Below are positions 47,881 through 57,748 of a stretch of DNA of 64,000 bases, in pieces. Origin of the DNA: Aureliella sp. (GTDB taxonomy: Bacteria; Planctomycetota; Planctomycetia; Pirellulales; Pirellulaceae). The stretch spans positions 4,064,001 to 4,128,000 of the forward strand of contig OY829846.1 in the NCBI GenBank assembly GCA_963691875.1. The letters run 5' to 3'. The notes under the pieces are model-generated. The model saw nothing but the letters and a program-made list of their open reading frames with translations, had not been told where the DNA came from and did no database searches. Made by a program: the position numbers and the translations under genes. How positions within the stretch are numbered: the stretch's first letter is position 1; the number at the start of each line of letters is the position of its first letter.

Positions 47881-48993
47881 ATGCATCGACTCAAGGTTTG
47901 GTATCGCCGATTGGTCTTAGCAATCGCTTTACTGATCGGCACTCAAGCGAGCTGTTTTGCTCAGCCGCAGAACTCCGAGGCGTCGCGCGAGCAACTGATC
48001 CCCAGTCATCTTTTGGGACTGATACATGCACCTGAGGTCCATGCCGAGTTGAAGTTAACACCAGCTCAGGTGACCAAGCTTGAGGCGTTCTTCGAAAAAA
48101 CGGACGGTGACTGGTTTCGTTCTCGCATTATCCAACAGCCAGAAAAGCTAGCCGCTCAAGTAAAGCGATTCGAAGCAATGGCTCGGCAGTGGTTCGGGTC
48201 GAATACTTCCAAGCAGCAGCAGGAGCGACTTAGGCAATTGGAGCTGCGAGCCCAAGGGATTCGAATGTTGCTGCGACAGGATCTGAGTCAAGAACTTCGC
48301 ATGCAGGAATCTCAGCTTACTCAGCTGGAAGAGCTCGCCAGAGCTACCGTTGATGCGACGCAAGAACTGCAGAAAGCGACGATGCAGAACAAGGTGACTG
48401 AGGAGCTTAAGTCGGCAGTTCTGGAAGCCAACAAAGCAGAAGCGGCTTCACTGCAGACGGTTATGACGCAGGGGCAAATGGATCAGCTGCGGCAGATTTT
48501 GGGAGCCCCTTTTGAAACGAGCAAGTTGCAGCGAATTTATCCTATGGCTCCCGAGCTGGTGCCAGTCAGCGATTGGATCAACTCGAGTCCGCTAACCTTG
48601 AAGAGCCTCCGCGGGAAAGTGGTTTTGTTGCATTTCTACGCGTTTCAGTGCCATAACTGTCACGCAAACTTCGACGTCTATCAACGTTGGCACAAGCAAT
48701 ATGGTGAAGATGTCGTCGTTTTGGGAATTCAAACGCCGGAAACTTCTAACGAGCGCGATCCGTCGTTGGTCCGGAAGGCGGCGAAGGAAAGAGACCTGAA
48801 CTTTCCGATTCTGGTGGATCTCAAGAGCGAGAACTGGAAAAGCTGGTCCAACACAATGTGGCCCACTGTCTACGTGATCGACAAGAAGGGCTACATCCGG
48901 CACTGGTGGCAAGGCGAGCTGCGTTGGCAAGGTGCGACGATGGATCAGAAGATTGAAAGCATCGTCACCGGTCTGCTGGCTGAAGATGCATAG
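47881..48993 (+). CDS. Exported redoxin (TlpA/DipZ-like) with N-terminal helical Spy/LTXXQ-like region
   Basis: Signal peptide. WINSSPLTLKSLRGKVVLLHFYAFQCHNCH, GIQTPE, WPTVYVIDKKG. Confidence 0.88.
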   Translation: MHRLKVWYRRLVLAIALLIGTQASCFAQPQNSEASREQLIPSHLLGLIHAPEVHAELKLTPAQVTKLEAFFEKTDGDWFRSRIIQQPEKLAAQVKRFEAMARQWFGSNTSKQQQERLRQLELRAQGIRMLLRQDLSQELRMQESQLTQLEELARATVDATQELQKATMQNKVTEELKSAVLEANKAEAASLQTVMTQGQMDQLRQILGAPFETSKLQRIYPMAPELVPVSDWINSSPLTLKSLRGKVVLLHFYAFQCHNCHANFDVYQRWHKQYGEDVVVLGIQTPETSNERDPSLVRKAAKERDLNFPILVDLKSENWKSWSNTMWPTVYVIDKKGYIRHWWQGELRWQGATMDQKIESIVTGLLAEDA

Positions 48994-49085
48994 CAGAGCC
49001 CACAAAAGCTGAGCGAGAAACAATCAAGCGGCTTTGGAGTGCATACGCTGAAGCCGCGAGATGTGTACCGAGTACAAATGTTCTC

Positions 49086-50108
49086 TTAGCCGACGAGGAA
49101 TCGATGGATAGTTTTCTGGACGAATTCCTGCCCCGGATCTAGGCGGGTAGTGGGGAATGCTGGCTTGTTCGGCGCGTCAGGAAAATGCTGCGTTTCCAAG
49201 CAAAAACCGCTGTATGCAGCGAAATCGCCATCTAAGTGATTGCCCGTATAGAGCTGCATTCCGGGTTGCGTAGTAAGGACTTCCATAACGCGCCCGCTGC
49301 TGGGATCACGGGCTGTCCCAGCTAAACGCGGTTCGCTTCCTGGCTCGCCATCGACAACGTAGCAATGGTCGTAGCCTTTGGTTCCTGCGAATTCGTCGAG
49401 TCTCTCGCCGAGTTTTCGGAAGTCAGCAAATCCCAGGGCGCTACCGGCTGTCGGCAGAAGCTCACCGGTCGGAATTAGGTCTTCATCGACTGCCAAGGAG
49501 TTCGAGCAGTTCAGCTTCAGCTCGTGATCGCGAATGTCGCCACTGCCAACTCCGGCAAGATTCCAGTAGGCGTGATTGGTCAGGTTGAGAACTGTTGGTG
49601 CATCGGTGGTGGCTCGGAAAGTGTAACTCAGTTCGCTGGAGTTGTTCCAAGTGTATTCTGCTACAACCTTTAGTTCTCCGGGGTAGCCTTCTTCACCGTT
49701 AGGGCTGACGGTGGAAAAGCGCAGTCCGCATGCACTCTCTGCGTCCAGCTGTTCGGCTTGCCAAATGTGGCGGTCGAAGCCTTTGATGCCACCATGAAGG
49801 TGATTCGGTCCATTGTTAATTGCCAGTGTGTAAGTCTTACCGTTCAGCTCGAATTTCCCGGCGGCAATCCGATTGCAAAATCTGCCGACGGTGGAACCGA
49901 GATAAGGGTGACGCTCGAGGTACCCCGCCAACTCGGAATATCCCAAATTCACGTTTTCCAATTTTCCATCTTGGTCTGGTACTTCGACGGAAACCAGAAT
50001 CGCACCAAAGTTTGTCATGCACACCCGATGGCCGAGGGCATTGGTCATTGCGAAGAGGCTGACTTCGGTGCCTTCCACAGAACCGAACGAAGTGGTTTTG
50101 ATGGGCAT
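49086..50108 (-). CDS. galM: Aldose 1-epimerase (galactose mutarotase)
   Basis: GRFCNRIA, NHLHGG, GEEGYPG, NLTNHAYWNL, GYDH, FCLETQ. Confidence 0.95.
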   Translation of the reverse strand: MPIKTTSFGSVEGTEVSLFAMTNALGHRVCMTNFGAILVSVEVPDQDGKLENVNLGYSELAGYLERHPYLGSTVGRFCNRIAAGKFELNGKTYTLAINNGPNHLHGGIKGFDRHIWQAEQLDAESACGLRFSTVSPNGEEGYPGELKVVAEYTWNNSSELSYTFRATTDAPTVLNLTNHAYWNLAGVGSGDIRDHELKLNCSNSLAVDEDLIPTGELLPTAGSALGFADFRKLGERLDEFAGTKGYDHCYVVDGEPGSEPRLAGTARDPSSGRVMEVLTTQPGMQLYTGNHLDGDFAAYSGFCLETQHFPDAPNKPAFPTTRLDPGQEFVQKTIHRFLVG

Positions 50109-50457
50109 TGTTTTGCTAGCTCTGACTTTTCTTGACTTAGAAAATGGAATTCTGAATCGATTATTCCTGTTTGAATTGACTTGGGAAGTGCCTGCGAAAG
50201 TTGACCGAATCCCGACTCAGATTGGAAAAACCAGTGAATTCTCGTAAGATTCGCGGAGTTGTGGCGAGTAATACTTTGCCAGACGTGCTGGCTTCGTTGC
50301 GAGCCCGAACTGGTCCATTCTACGACTCCCCCATAAGGGTGGTGCAACAGTTCGCGGCGAGCGGAAACTAGCTCAACAGCCCGCGTCGGATACGAAGAAG
50401 TTTTGAATGCAATGCACTCAAAACCTCGGGGTATTCGCATTTTCCTGAGAAACCACA

Positions 50458-50985
50458 ATGAGCGTCCCTGCTACTTTTGATCCCTTAGATGCGCTGCCTG
50501 ATCACGAGGATTGGCTGCGAACATCGTTGCTCGCGCGATTGGGAAATCGCGACGAGGTTGAGGAAGTCATGCAAGAAGTGGCGGTTGCTGCGGCGAACCA
50601 GTCTGCCAAGGAGGAGCCGGTCGACCGGGTTGGTCCTTGGCTGTATCGAGTCGCGATGCGGCAAATGATGCTGTTCCGTCGAAAGGCGGGGCGGCGCCGG
50701 AAGCTTATCAACAACGTGGTGGAAGCCAAGCAGCCCACTGAAGAGGATACACGCGGACGTTCGCCGCTCGAATTCCTGATTTCCACTGAGCGTCAGGAAG
50801 AAGTGCGGCAAGCAATGCGAAAAATGACGGAGCGAGATCGTCAGCTACTGATGCTGAAGTACGTGGAGGGATTATCCTACGGTCAAATCGCGACTCGTGT
50901 TGGCGTCACCGCCAGCGCGGTGCAGTCGCGATTACACCGGGCCAGGGCTCTCCTGCGTAAAGAACTGTTAAGTATGGAAGCTTAG
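50458..50985 (+). CDS. ECF-family RNA polymerase sigma factor
   Basis: Region 2 EEVMQEV/WLYRVA and region 4 GLSYGQIA...AVQSRLHRAR. Confidence 0.93.
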   Translation: MSVPATFDPLDALPDHEDWLRTSLLARLGNRDEVEEVMQEVAVAAANQSAKEEPVDRVGPWLYRVAMRQMMLFRRKAGRRRKLINNVVEAKQPTEEDTRGRSPLEFLISTERQEEVRQAMRKMTERDRQLLMLKYVEGLSYGQIATRVGVTASAVQSRLHRARALLRKELLSMEA

Positions 50986-51059
50986 TCCCTAGAGACATCG
51001 AAACTGAAATCCGACCGAACAACGCCAAGTTGATGCTCTGACCGAATTGGATCGAAGCC

Positions 51060-51704
51060 ATGAAGAAACTAGATGCTTTCGTCATCGATGAACTGGTTGC
51101 CGGAAACCTCCACGGCGAGCAGTACCGCCGAGTCTTGAAGGCCTTGGACGAGCAGCCGGATGGTTGGAAAGAGTGTGCGATGGCATTCCTGCAGGAGCAG
51201 GCTCTGAAGCGTGAACTTCGAGTTTTGGCGGCTGACGACGAGATCTGGAATCCAAATCGTAAGTCGAGAGCGATTGTGGAGACGCCGGCGTCAGTGCATC
51301 CGGTTTCGCCTATCAAAAGTTCAGAGCACGTTCGACTCGAGTGGATGACTCGACTTTCATCCATAGCGGCATTGCTACTGCTCAGCTTCAGTGTTGGCTG
51401 GTTCGGTGCGGGTTGGGGCCGGGGAACGTCCGAATCTGATGGGAAACCTTCTGAAGCAACCGTGGCTGGGGGCCAAGCCAATGAAATACCAGCAGCGGCC
51501 GATGGTAGCATTTCACCAATGTATGTGGGCAAGGAAATGATCCCTGTGGATCGTAGTCCACCAGCACTTCTCCAAGAACTGGAAAGCCGCGGCTCTATCA
51601 ACTTAGAGTCGTTTGATGGCTATGTTCCTGTGCGCGTTGGCGATTCTATTGAGTTGATTCCTGTCCAACAGTACCGCGTCCGCTCTGGCTCGGTTCCTTA
51701 TTAA
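51060..51704 (+). CDS. Putative membrane-anchored anti-sigma factor
   Basis: Directly follows the ECF gene. N-terminal IDELVAGNL...WKECAMAFL anti-sigma-like domain and one TM (SIAALLLLSFSVGWF). Confidence 0.75.
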   Translation: MKKLDAFVIDELVAGNLHGEQYRRVLKALDEQPDGWKECAMAFLQEQALKRELRVLAADDEIWNPNRKSRAIVETPASVHPVSPIKSSEHVRLEWMTRLSSIAALLLLSFSVGWFGAGWGRGTSESDGKPSEATVAGGQANEIPAAADGSISPMYVGKEMIPVDRSPPALLQELESRGSINLESFDGYVPVRVGDSIELIPVQQYRVRSGSVPY

Positions 51705-51725
51705 GCCCTTGGCCGTTAGCAGTTA

Positions 51726-51755
51726 GCTTTGGCTTTGGCTTTGGCTTTGGCTTTG
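51726..51755. repeat. Microsatellite (GCTTTG)5
   Basis: Five exact hexamer copies just after the anti-sigma stop codon. Confidence 0.9.
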
Positions 51756-51979
51756 GATCGTCCTCGTAATTCTTTCTTTGGCCTCATCTGCATCTCTCGA
51801 GTTTGGTTCAAGTCTTTGACGGTTTTTCGCGATTTTTTTGGAACCATTCGAAACAAGTTCTAACGATCGGAAACCTTTTTGCTGATCGATCAAATCATCA
51901 AGATCTAAAACGCAAAGCGGTCAGTCGTGGCGCGGAAGAGAATCAGTAAATACAAATCGATAATTCGGAGCAGATCGAA

Positions 51980-53191
51980 ATGTTCAAGACAATGAAAAGA
52001 AAGTGGTTGCGATTGGCTTGTGCAACAATGGTGGCCTCCTCAGCTGGTTTTGCTTTTAGCAATCCTGTCCAAGCACAAGAAGAGTCGGAGTTCGTTCAAA
52101 AGATTCGTGTGCTGGCTCAAGCCGGTGACGAGGACGGCGAAGACGCTAAGGCAGAAGAGATCATCGTCAAAGTCGATGGTTCAGGCAAACTGCCCAAAGT
52201 CTGGCTAGGCGTGATGCTTAAGGAGATCGAAGGCGACTTGGCTGAATACCTTGGCGACGTCCAAGGTGTCCTCATTGGCGAAGTGATGGATGACAGTCCT
52301 GCAGAGAAGGCAGGCCTGAAGAAGGGCGATGTCCTCAAAGCAGTCAACGACAAAGAAATGGAGGAGACTCAAGTTCTGATGAGCCTGCTAGCGGACACCG
52401 AAGTCGGCGAAGCACTTGCGTTCCAAATCCTTCGCAATGGCAAGGAAATGGAGCTGAAAGTTAAGCCAGCCAAGCGTCCTAAGCGTTTTGCGGGTGGTGG
52501 CGTCTTTATTCCAGAAGATATGGGTATCGACTTGGACGTTGAGATCGACGCTGATGAAATCAATGGTGACGTGTTGAACGCTCTGAAGCGACTCAAGGTC
52601 GGTGATGATGACATCAACGTGTTCCGCTTTGGTGGCCCAGGACTGGCTATTCGCGGCGGCAAAGATGCCAAAAATTCTTCTTCCAACAATCGCATCGCCG
52701 TGATCAATAATGGTGGCGAGAACCTAAAGGTTGAAGTGAATCAAAAGGATGGTGGTCCTGCAACAATCACTGTGACGAAAGATGGCGAGACAGAGAAGTA
52801 CACCGAAAAGGACTTGGAGGACTTGTCAGAGGATGTGCTCAAGATTGTCAAGCCAATGCTGGGTGGTGGTGATGCTCGCATCGAGGTACGCATGATGCCA
52901 ATGGTTCTTGAAACTCTCGAAGGCCGTTTGAACAACGAAGATTTGCAAGAGAAGCTTCGTGAGATGGCTGAGAAGCATCGGATCATCATCAGAGGCCAAG
53001 CAGAAGAGGCAGAAAAGCAAGCTACCAAGGCTCGGGAAGCTGTTGAGAAGGCGATGAAGTCTCAGCGGAAAATCGTTGAAGGCGTTCGTATCAAGAGCCA
53101 AGAAATGGAAGAGCTTCGCTCCTTGGTCGAAGAGCTAAAGCAAGAAGTGAAAGAGCTTCGCAGTAAGCTCAAGGAAAAGGGCGAAGAGTAG
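51980..53191 (+). CDS. Exported PDZ-domain protein with C-terminal coiled coil, no protease domain
   Basis: Signal peptide. WLGVML...GVLIGEVMDDSPAEKAGLKKGDVL PDZ. No trypsin triad. Confidence 0.85.
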   Translation: MFKTMKRKWLRLACATMVASSAGFAFSNPVQAQEESEFVQKIRVLAQAGDEDGEDAKAEEIIVKVDGSGKLPKVWLGVMLKEIEGDLAEYLGDVQGVLIGEVMDDSPAEKAGLKKGDVLKAVNDKEMEETQVLMSLLADTEVGEALAFQILRNGKEMELKVKPAKRPKRFAGGGVFIPEDMGIDLDVEIDADEINGDVLNALKRLKVGDDDINVFRFGGPGLAIRGGKDAKNSSSNNRIAVINNGGENLKVEVNQKDGGPATITVTKDGETEKYTEKDLEDLSEDVLKIVKPMLGGGDARIEVRMMPMVLETLEGRLNNEDLQEKLREMAEKHRIIIRGQAEEAEKQATKAREAVEKAMKSQRKIVEGVRIKSQEMEELRSLVEELKQEVKELRSKLKEKGEE

Positions 53192-53297
53192 CTCTCAAGC
53201 GATCAATTCGAATCGGCCTTGCCCTTTTAGGGAGGCGGGCAAGAGGCAGCTTGCTTCAGAAAATAGCTCGGCCATTCGAACGGAACAGGAAGCGGGT

Positions 53298-53333
53298 GGG
53301 CTGTTGCTGAGAAATCGGCAGCAGCCCTTTTTT
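53298..53333 (+). terminator. Rho-independent terminator
   Basis: GGGCTGTTGCTGA-GAAA-TCGGCAGCAGCCC followed by TTTTTT. Confidence 0.9.
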
Positions 53334-53429
53334 CATTCTGGTTCTTTTCGAACTCTTTGCGGCACTTAGCGCTGGAAGTGGACGGGGTAACGAATCCGGT
53401 GGCAACGCCACCCGATTTAGCTGGCGACT

Positions 53430-54302
53430 TTACTTCGAGTCAAAGCTGAGAGGCCCAATTCCCTGACTGGCCAGCACTTCCAGATACTCTTTCGGGGAAT
53501 CTTGTAGCTTCTTCACGCAGCCCAAGCAGCAAACGTAGACTGCTTTGCCATCGAGGTTGACTTTCATGGGTGGCCCCATCGATCCCAAGTCCTTGTTCAT
53601 CACGGGGCAGATGTATTGTGCTTCAATCGCCCCGGCATCAGCCAAGGACGCCTCGAAAATTCCCGGTCGCACTTCGTTCTGCTTCGGCGCGTAGTATCGC
53701 TTCAAGTGCTTCGCTGACTCGCTTTTCAACTTTTTCGCGCAGGGTTGGCAGCAAACAAACAGTGGTTTTCCGTCCAGCATTACTTTGAGCGGCGCGCCCA
53801 TCGAGCCAAGCCGCTTGCCAGTAATGGGACAGGTCCTCTGCAATGACGCCAGAAGCTTGTCGTCAACGACGGATAGCTTCACGCTTGTCTGCAAGAAAAT
53901 GGTGTCTCGCCCGGGGAAGTCAATAGTTGCATCAAGATGTAACTCCTTGCCAACGATTTTCGTCAAGTTCACGGCCGCTCCGATGCCCTCACCTTTCAAT
54001 CCCTCGAGCCGCAGCGCATGGACCTTGGGCGAGTCTCCGACTTTCAGCTGCAACACGCCTGAAGCTTTTCTGTGTCGGAATACCGTTCCATCGGAGTCGA
54101 CGAGGTAGAAGCGAATGCCACGCCGCGAGAGAACGGTTTCCACTTCGACGGTTCCGACATCGGCAAGCTGCCCGCCGCGCGATCCAGTGTCCGGTTGAGC
54201 CGAGACAGAATCTACCGACGTGAACAGCAGGGCCAGAGACAAGCAGACTTGGACCGAAGTCTTTTTGAATTCTCGGAAAGGCGAGGGTATGCATCGGTTC
54301 AT
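53430..54302 (-). CDS. Exported protein with two YHS/TRASH-like Cys metal-binding repeats
   Basis: CPITGKRLGSMG...VCCQPC and CPVMNKDLGSMG...VCCLGC. Overlaps the cusA stop (ATGA). Confidence 0.85.
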   Translation of the reverse strand: MNRCIPSPFREFKKTSVQVCLSLALLFTSVDSVSAQPDTGSRGGQLADVGTVEVETVLSRRGIRFYLVDSDGTVFRHRKASGVLQLKVGDSPKVHALRLEGLKGEGIGAAVNLTKIVGKELHLDATIDFPGRDTIFLQTSVKLSVVDDKLLASLQRTCPITGKRLGSMGAPLKVMLDGKPLFVCCQPCAKKLKSESAKHLKRYYAPKQNEVRPGIFEASLADAGAIEAQYICPVMNKDLGSMGPPMKVNLDGKAVYVCCLGCVKKLQDSPKEYLEVLASQGIGPLSFDSK

Positions 54303-57300
54303 TGGTTTTCCTTTTTAGTAACTGGAGCTAGCCGCAGTCGGGTTTCCAGGTACGCCGAGTAGACTGTAGGAACGATAAACGACGTTAGGGGCTCAACGAG
54401 CATGCCACCAAAAACCGGCAGTGCCATGGCTCGAGCTACGTCCGCACCCCGGCCATCGCTTAGCAGAACTGGCGACAATGCCACTAAGGTGGTTGCGGTA
54501 GTCATCACGCAAGGTCGGATGCGTTTCAGTCCCGCGGCATAAACAGTGTCACGGATTTTTTGCACAGACTTTGGTTTCTCGGCGAGAAGCTTTTGATGGA
54601 TGTACGTCGCCATGACCACGCCATCGTCGACTGCCACACCAAACAGTGCGATGAATCCGACCCAGACCGCGGTGTTCAATTCGACTTGCATGAACGCCAC
54701 AGCCAGCATGCCCCCCGCGAATGCTACCGGAATGCCGCTGAACACGGCAAGCGAGATAGGGAGATTGCGAAACTGCAAGTAGATCAGAATAAGATTAATC
54801 AGGATCACCAATGGAATGATCCACATGAGACGGCGATTGGCTTCGATTTGATTGCGGAAACTGCCAACAATCTCTATCGAGTATCCGGCTGGCAGGGCAA
54901 GGGTTTCTTGCTCGAGTTGCGCGTCGCGAAGCTGTTTTTCAATCGCAGCAATAGCTTCCAAAACCCCCAAGTTTTCCTTCGTAGAGAAAGCAACGTGCGC
55001 TACGAGTCTTGCATTTTCGCTGTTGATTGCGGCGGGGCCCCAACTCGTTTCTAGCTTGGCGAGTTCTTCCAGCGGGACGACTGCAGAATCCGAAGTGACG
55101 ACTGGCAATCGGTTCAACTGATCAATATGTTGTCGGGTGTCCCGAATGTATCTCAGACGGACTGGATAGCGCTCACGCCCCTCGAACGTCTGAATGAGGT
55201 TCATGCCTCCGAGGGCTGTCTCGATCACTTGGTTGACCCTTTCCGTGCTCATTCCGTAACGAGCCGAGCTCTCACGATCGACCGTAAACTCGACGTAAGG
55301 TTTGCCGAGCACGATATCAGGATTAACTGTTGCGGGATCGATCTGCGGCAAGGTCTTCAGTAGCTCTGCAACTTTTATCGCCGAGCGTCCAAGCGATTTC
55401 AGGTCGTCACCGAAAATTCGAATGGCCATTGGAGCTTTGATTCCGGACTGCAACATGACCACGCGGCCTTCGATCGGCTGCAGTTCCGAAGCACGGGTGA
55501 CTCCGGGAAGCGTGGCAGCACGATTGATCTCATTCCAGATGTCTTTGGGGGTAATTCCAGGCCTCCACTCCCTCTTTGGCTTTAGCATCACGTAGGTCTC
55601 GACCATCGCAGCAGGAGCGGGATCCAAAGCAGATTCGACGCGTCCGATCTTGCCCAGCACGTCTTTGACTTCTGGGATCTGACCAATCAGCACGTCTTGT
55701 GTCTGCAGGATCTGCATCGCCTGGCTAAAGCTAACAGCTGGGTAAAAAGTCGGCATGTAGAACCAGCTGCCTTCGTCTAACGCGATCCAGTCATCGGAAG
55801 AAAGGCCAGGTAGCAAATGCTTGCCGTCGACGTAGCCTGGCAATTCGTTGAAGTCGGCTCCGAGTTGTTCTGCCGCGATCTCTACAGGACGGAGGAGTTT
55901 CGGGAGTCCAATCCATGCACCGAAGCCGAGTAGCACGAGAAGCGATGGCAATGACAAAGCTATCTTCTTGTGACCGAGCGCATAGCGAAGTCGCGCTGCG
56001 TAGATCCAACGCACTAAGCGACTGGTGGGAATCTCTTCAAGCGAGCGGACTCGCTCCCGTTGAAACTGCCAGAGAACAAGTGCAGCGGCAGCTCCCAAAA
56101 CCAAAGGGCTTGCCCACGGCGGAATTCCAATAAGATCCTCGATGGGATCGCCCCAAACAAAATAGCCAAGCGCCCCGAATAGCACGCTCGACGCAAGGCA
56201 CCAGCCAAGAGTTCGCTTTATCGAAGGGCGTGCTGATTTGCGAAGTAGCAAACGGCTAAGCGCTGGCACAATGGTTACAGCCGCGATCAGTGCCGCTGCG
56301 ATGGCAAAAGTCTTGGTGAACGCCAGCGGAGCAAACAGCCGGTAGTCGCGGCCGGTCAAGCAAAACACAGGCAGAAAAGAAACGATCGTCGTCATCACTG
56401 CAGTTCGAACTGCTGGAGCCACCTCAATCGCGGCGTCAGCCACCAACCGCCAAGGTTGTGTACCTTCGTCTGCCGTTTCTCGGCCGACTTTCTCGTAGAT
56501 GTTTTCCGCGACGATGATACCCATGTCGACCATCGTCCCGATAGCGATAGCTATCCCGGCGAGTGACATGATATTGGCTTCGATGCCGCCGTAACGCATT
56601 GCTATGAATGACATGAGCACCGCCGCAGGCAGGCATACCGAGACGATAAAGCTGCTGCGAAAGTGAAGCAGAAACAGCAATACGACGATCGTGGTAATGA
56701 GAATTTCTTCCGCTAGCGCGATGCTCAGTGTTTCCATGGTTTCGTCGATCAGGCCCGTCCGATCATAAACGGCACGCAGTCCGACGCCTTGCAAAGCAGG
56801 TTCGATTTGCCGCATTTTCTCGCGCACACGCGCGATGACGCGGCGCGGATTCTCACCGTGTCGCATGACGACCACGCCACCAACGGCTTCCGAGCCGTTG
56901 TAGTCGAGGCCGCCACGGCGAAAGTCAGGCCCAAGTTGAACACGTCCAAGGTCTCGTACGCGAACCGGTATTCCATCGCGTTGGAGTACCACCGTATCCT
57001 CAATGTCGCGAGCAACTTTTTCCGCGTCGCCACCGCCAAGAAATCCTTTGCCGCGCAGGACAAACTCCATACCGCCCGTCTCCAGCGTCTTGGCTCCGAC
57101 ATCCAGATTCGACTGTTTGATCGCGGAAACGGCTTGATGTAGCGGAATACGAAAGAAGCGAAGTTTGTCGGGATCGAGGTCGATTTGGTACTGACGGATG
57201 TATCCACCGATAGAAGCGACCTCACTCACGCCGTCGACTGACTGCAACTCGAATTTAATGACGTAGTCCTGCAGACTGCGAAGATCGGCAAGCGAGAGAC

Positions 57301-57748
57301 CGGCTTCAGGTGGCTCGAGAACGTAGTAAAGTACCTGGCCTAGGCCAGTTGCATCGGGTCCGAGTTGCGGCGAGACGTTTGCGGGGAGCTGGCTACTCGC
57401 GACCCCAACTTGTTCCAGGACGCGGCTCCTGGCCCAATAGAAATCGACATTGTCAGCAAAAGTAACTTGGACAAAGCTGTATCCAAATAGACTCTTACCG
57501 CGAACCGATTCGGCTCCTGGAACGGCCTGTAGCGATACGCTAAGTGGGTAAGTAATTTGGTCTTCGACGTCCTTCGGTGACCTGCCGGGCCAAGCCGTAA
57601 GTACGATGACTTGGTTCTCACCGACATTGGGAATCGCATCGATCGGAACAGCGCGGAAACTGAACCATCCAAACACAAGGATTCCTATCATCCCCAGCAA
57701 AACGAGAATGGGCTCGCGCGTACTGAATTCGATTGTTCTTCTGAGCAT
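54299..57748 (-). CDS. cusA: CusA/CzcA-family heavy-metal efflux RND permease (Cu/Ag type)
   Basis: PIDAIPNVGENQVI, GPDATGLG, NIMSLAGIAIAIGTMVD, DPAPAAMVET, GVAVDDGVVM, RIRPCVMT. Confidence 0.93.
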   Translation of the reverse strand: MLRRTIEFSTREPILVLLGMIGILVFGWFSFRAVPIDAIPNVGENQVIVLTAWPGRSPKDVEDQITYPLSVSLQAVPGAESVRGKSLFGYSFVQVTFADNVDFYWARSRVLEQVGVASSQLPANVSPQLGPDATGLGQVLYYVLEPPEAGLSLADLRSLQDYVIKFELQSVDGVSEVASIGGYIRQYQIDLDPDKLRFFRIPLHQAVSAIKQSNLDVGAKTLETGGMEFVLRGKGFLGGGDAEKVARDIEDTVVLQRDGIPVRVRDLGRVQLGPDFRRGGLDYNGSEAVGGVVVMRHGENPRRVIARVREKMRQIEPALQGVGLRAVYDRTGLIDETMETLSIALAEEILITTIVVLLFLLHFRSSFIVSVCLPAAVLMSFIAMRYGGIEANIMSLAGIAIAIGTMVDMGIIVAENIYEKVGRETADEGTQPWRLVADAAIEVAPAVRTAVMTTIVSFLPVFCLTGRDYRLFAPLAFTKTFAIAAALIAAVTIVPALSRLLLRKSARPSIKRTLGWCLASSVLFGALGYFVWGDPIEDLIGIPPWASPLVLGAAAALVLWQFQRERVRSLEEIPTSRLVRWIYAARLRYALGHKKIALSLPSLLVLLGFGAWIGLPKLLRPVEIAAEQLGADFNELPGYVDGKHLLPGLSSDDWIALDEGSWFYMPTFYPAVSFSQAMQILQTQDVLIGQIPEVKDVLGKIGRVESALDPAPAAMVETYVMLKPKREWRPGITPKDIWNEINRAATLPGVTRASELQPIEGRVVMLQSGIKAPMAIRIFGDDLKSLGRSAIKVAELLKTLPQIDPATVNPDIVLGKPYVEFTVDRESSARYGMSTERVNQVIETALGGMNLIQTFEGRERYPVRLRYIRDTRQHIDQLNRLPVVTSDSAVVPLEELAKLETSWGPAAINSENARLVAHVAFSTKENLGVLEAIAAIEKQLRDAQLEQETLALPAGYSIEIVGSFRNQIEANRRLMWIIPLVILINLILIYLQFRNLPISLAVFSGIPVAFAGGMLAVAFMQVELNTAVWVGFIALFGVAVDDGVVMATYIHQKLLAEKPKSVQKIRDTVYAAGLKRIRPCVMTTATTLVALSPVLLSDGRGADVARAMALPVFGGMLVEPLTSFIVPTVYSAYLETRLRLAPVTKKENQ

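Noticed and set aside
51726..51755. CRISPR array
   Set aside because: A simple hexamer repeat without spacers. No repeat-spacer array or cas gene anywhere in the window.
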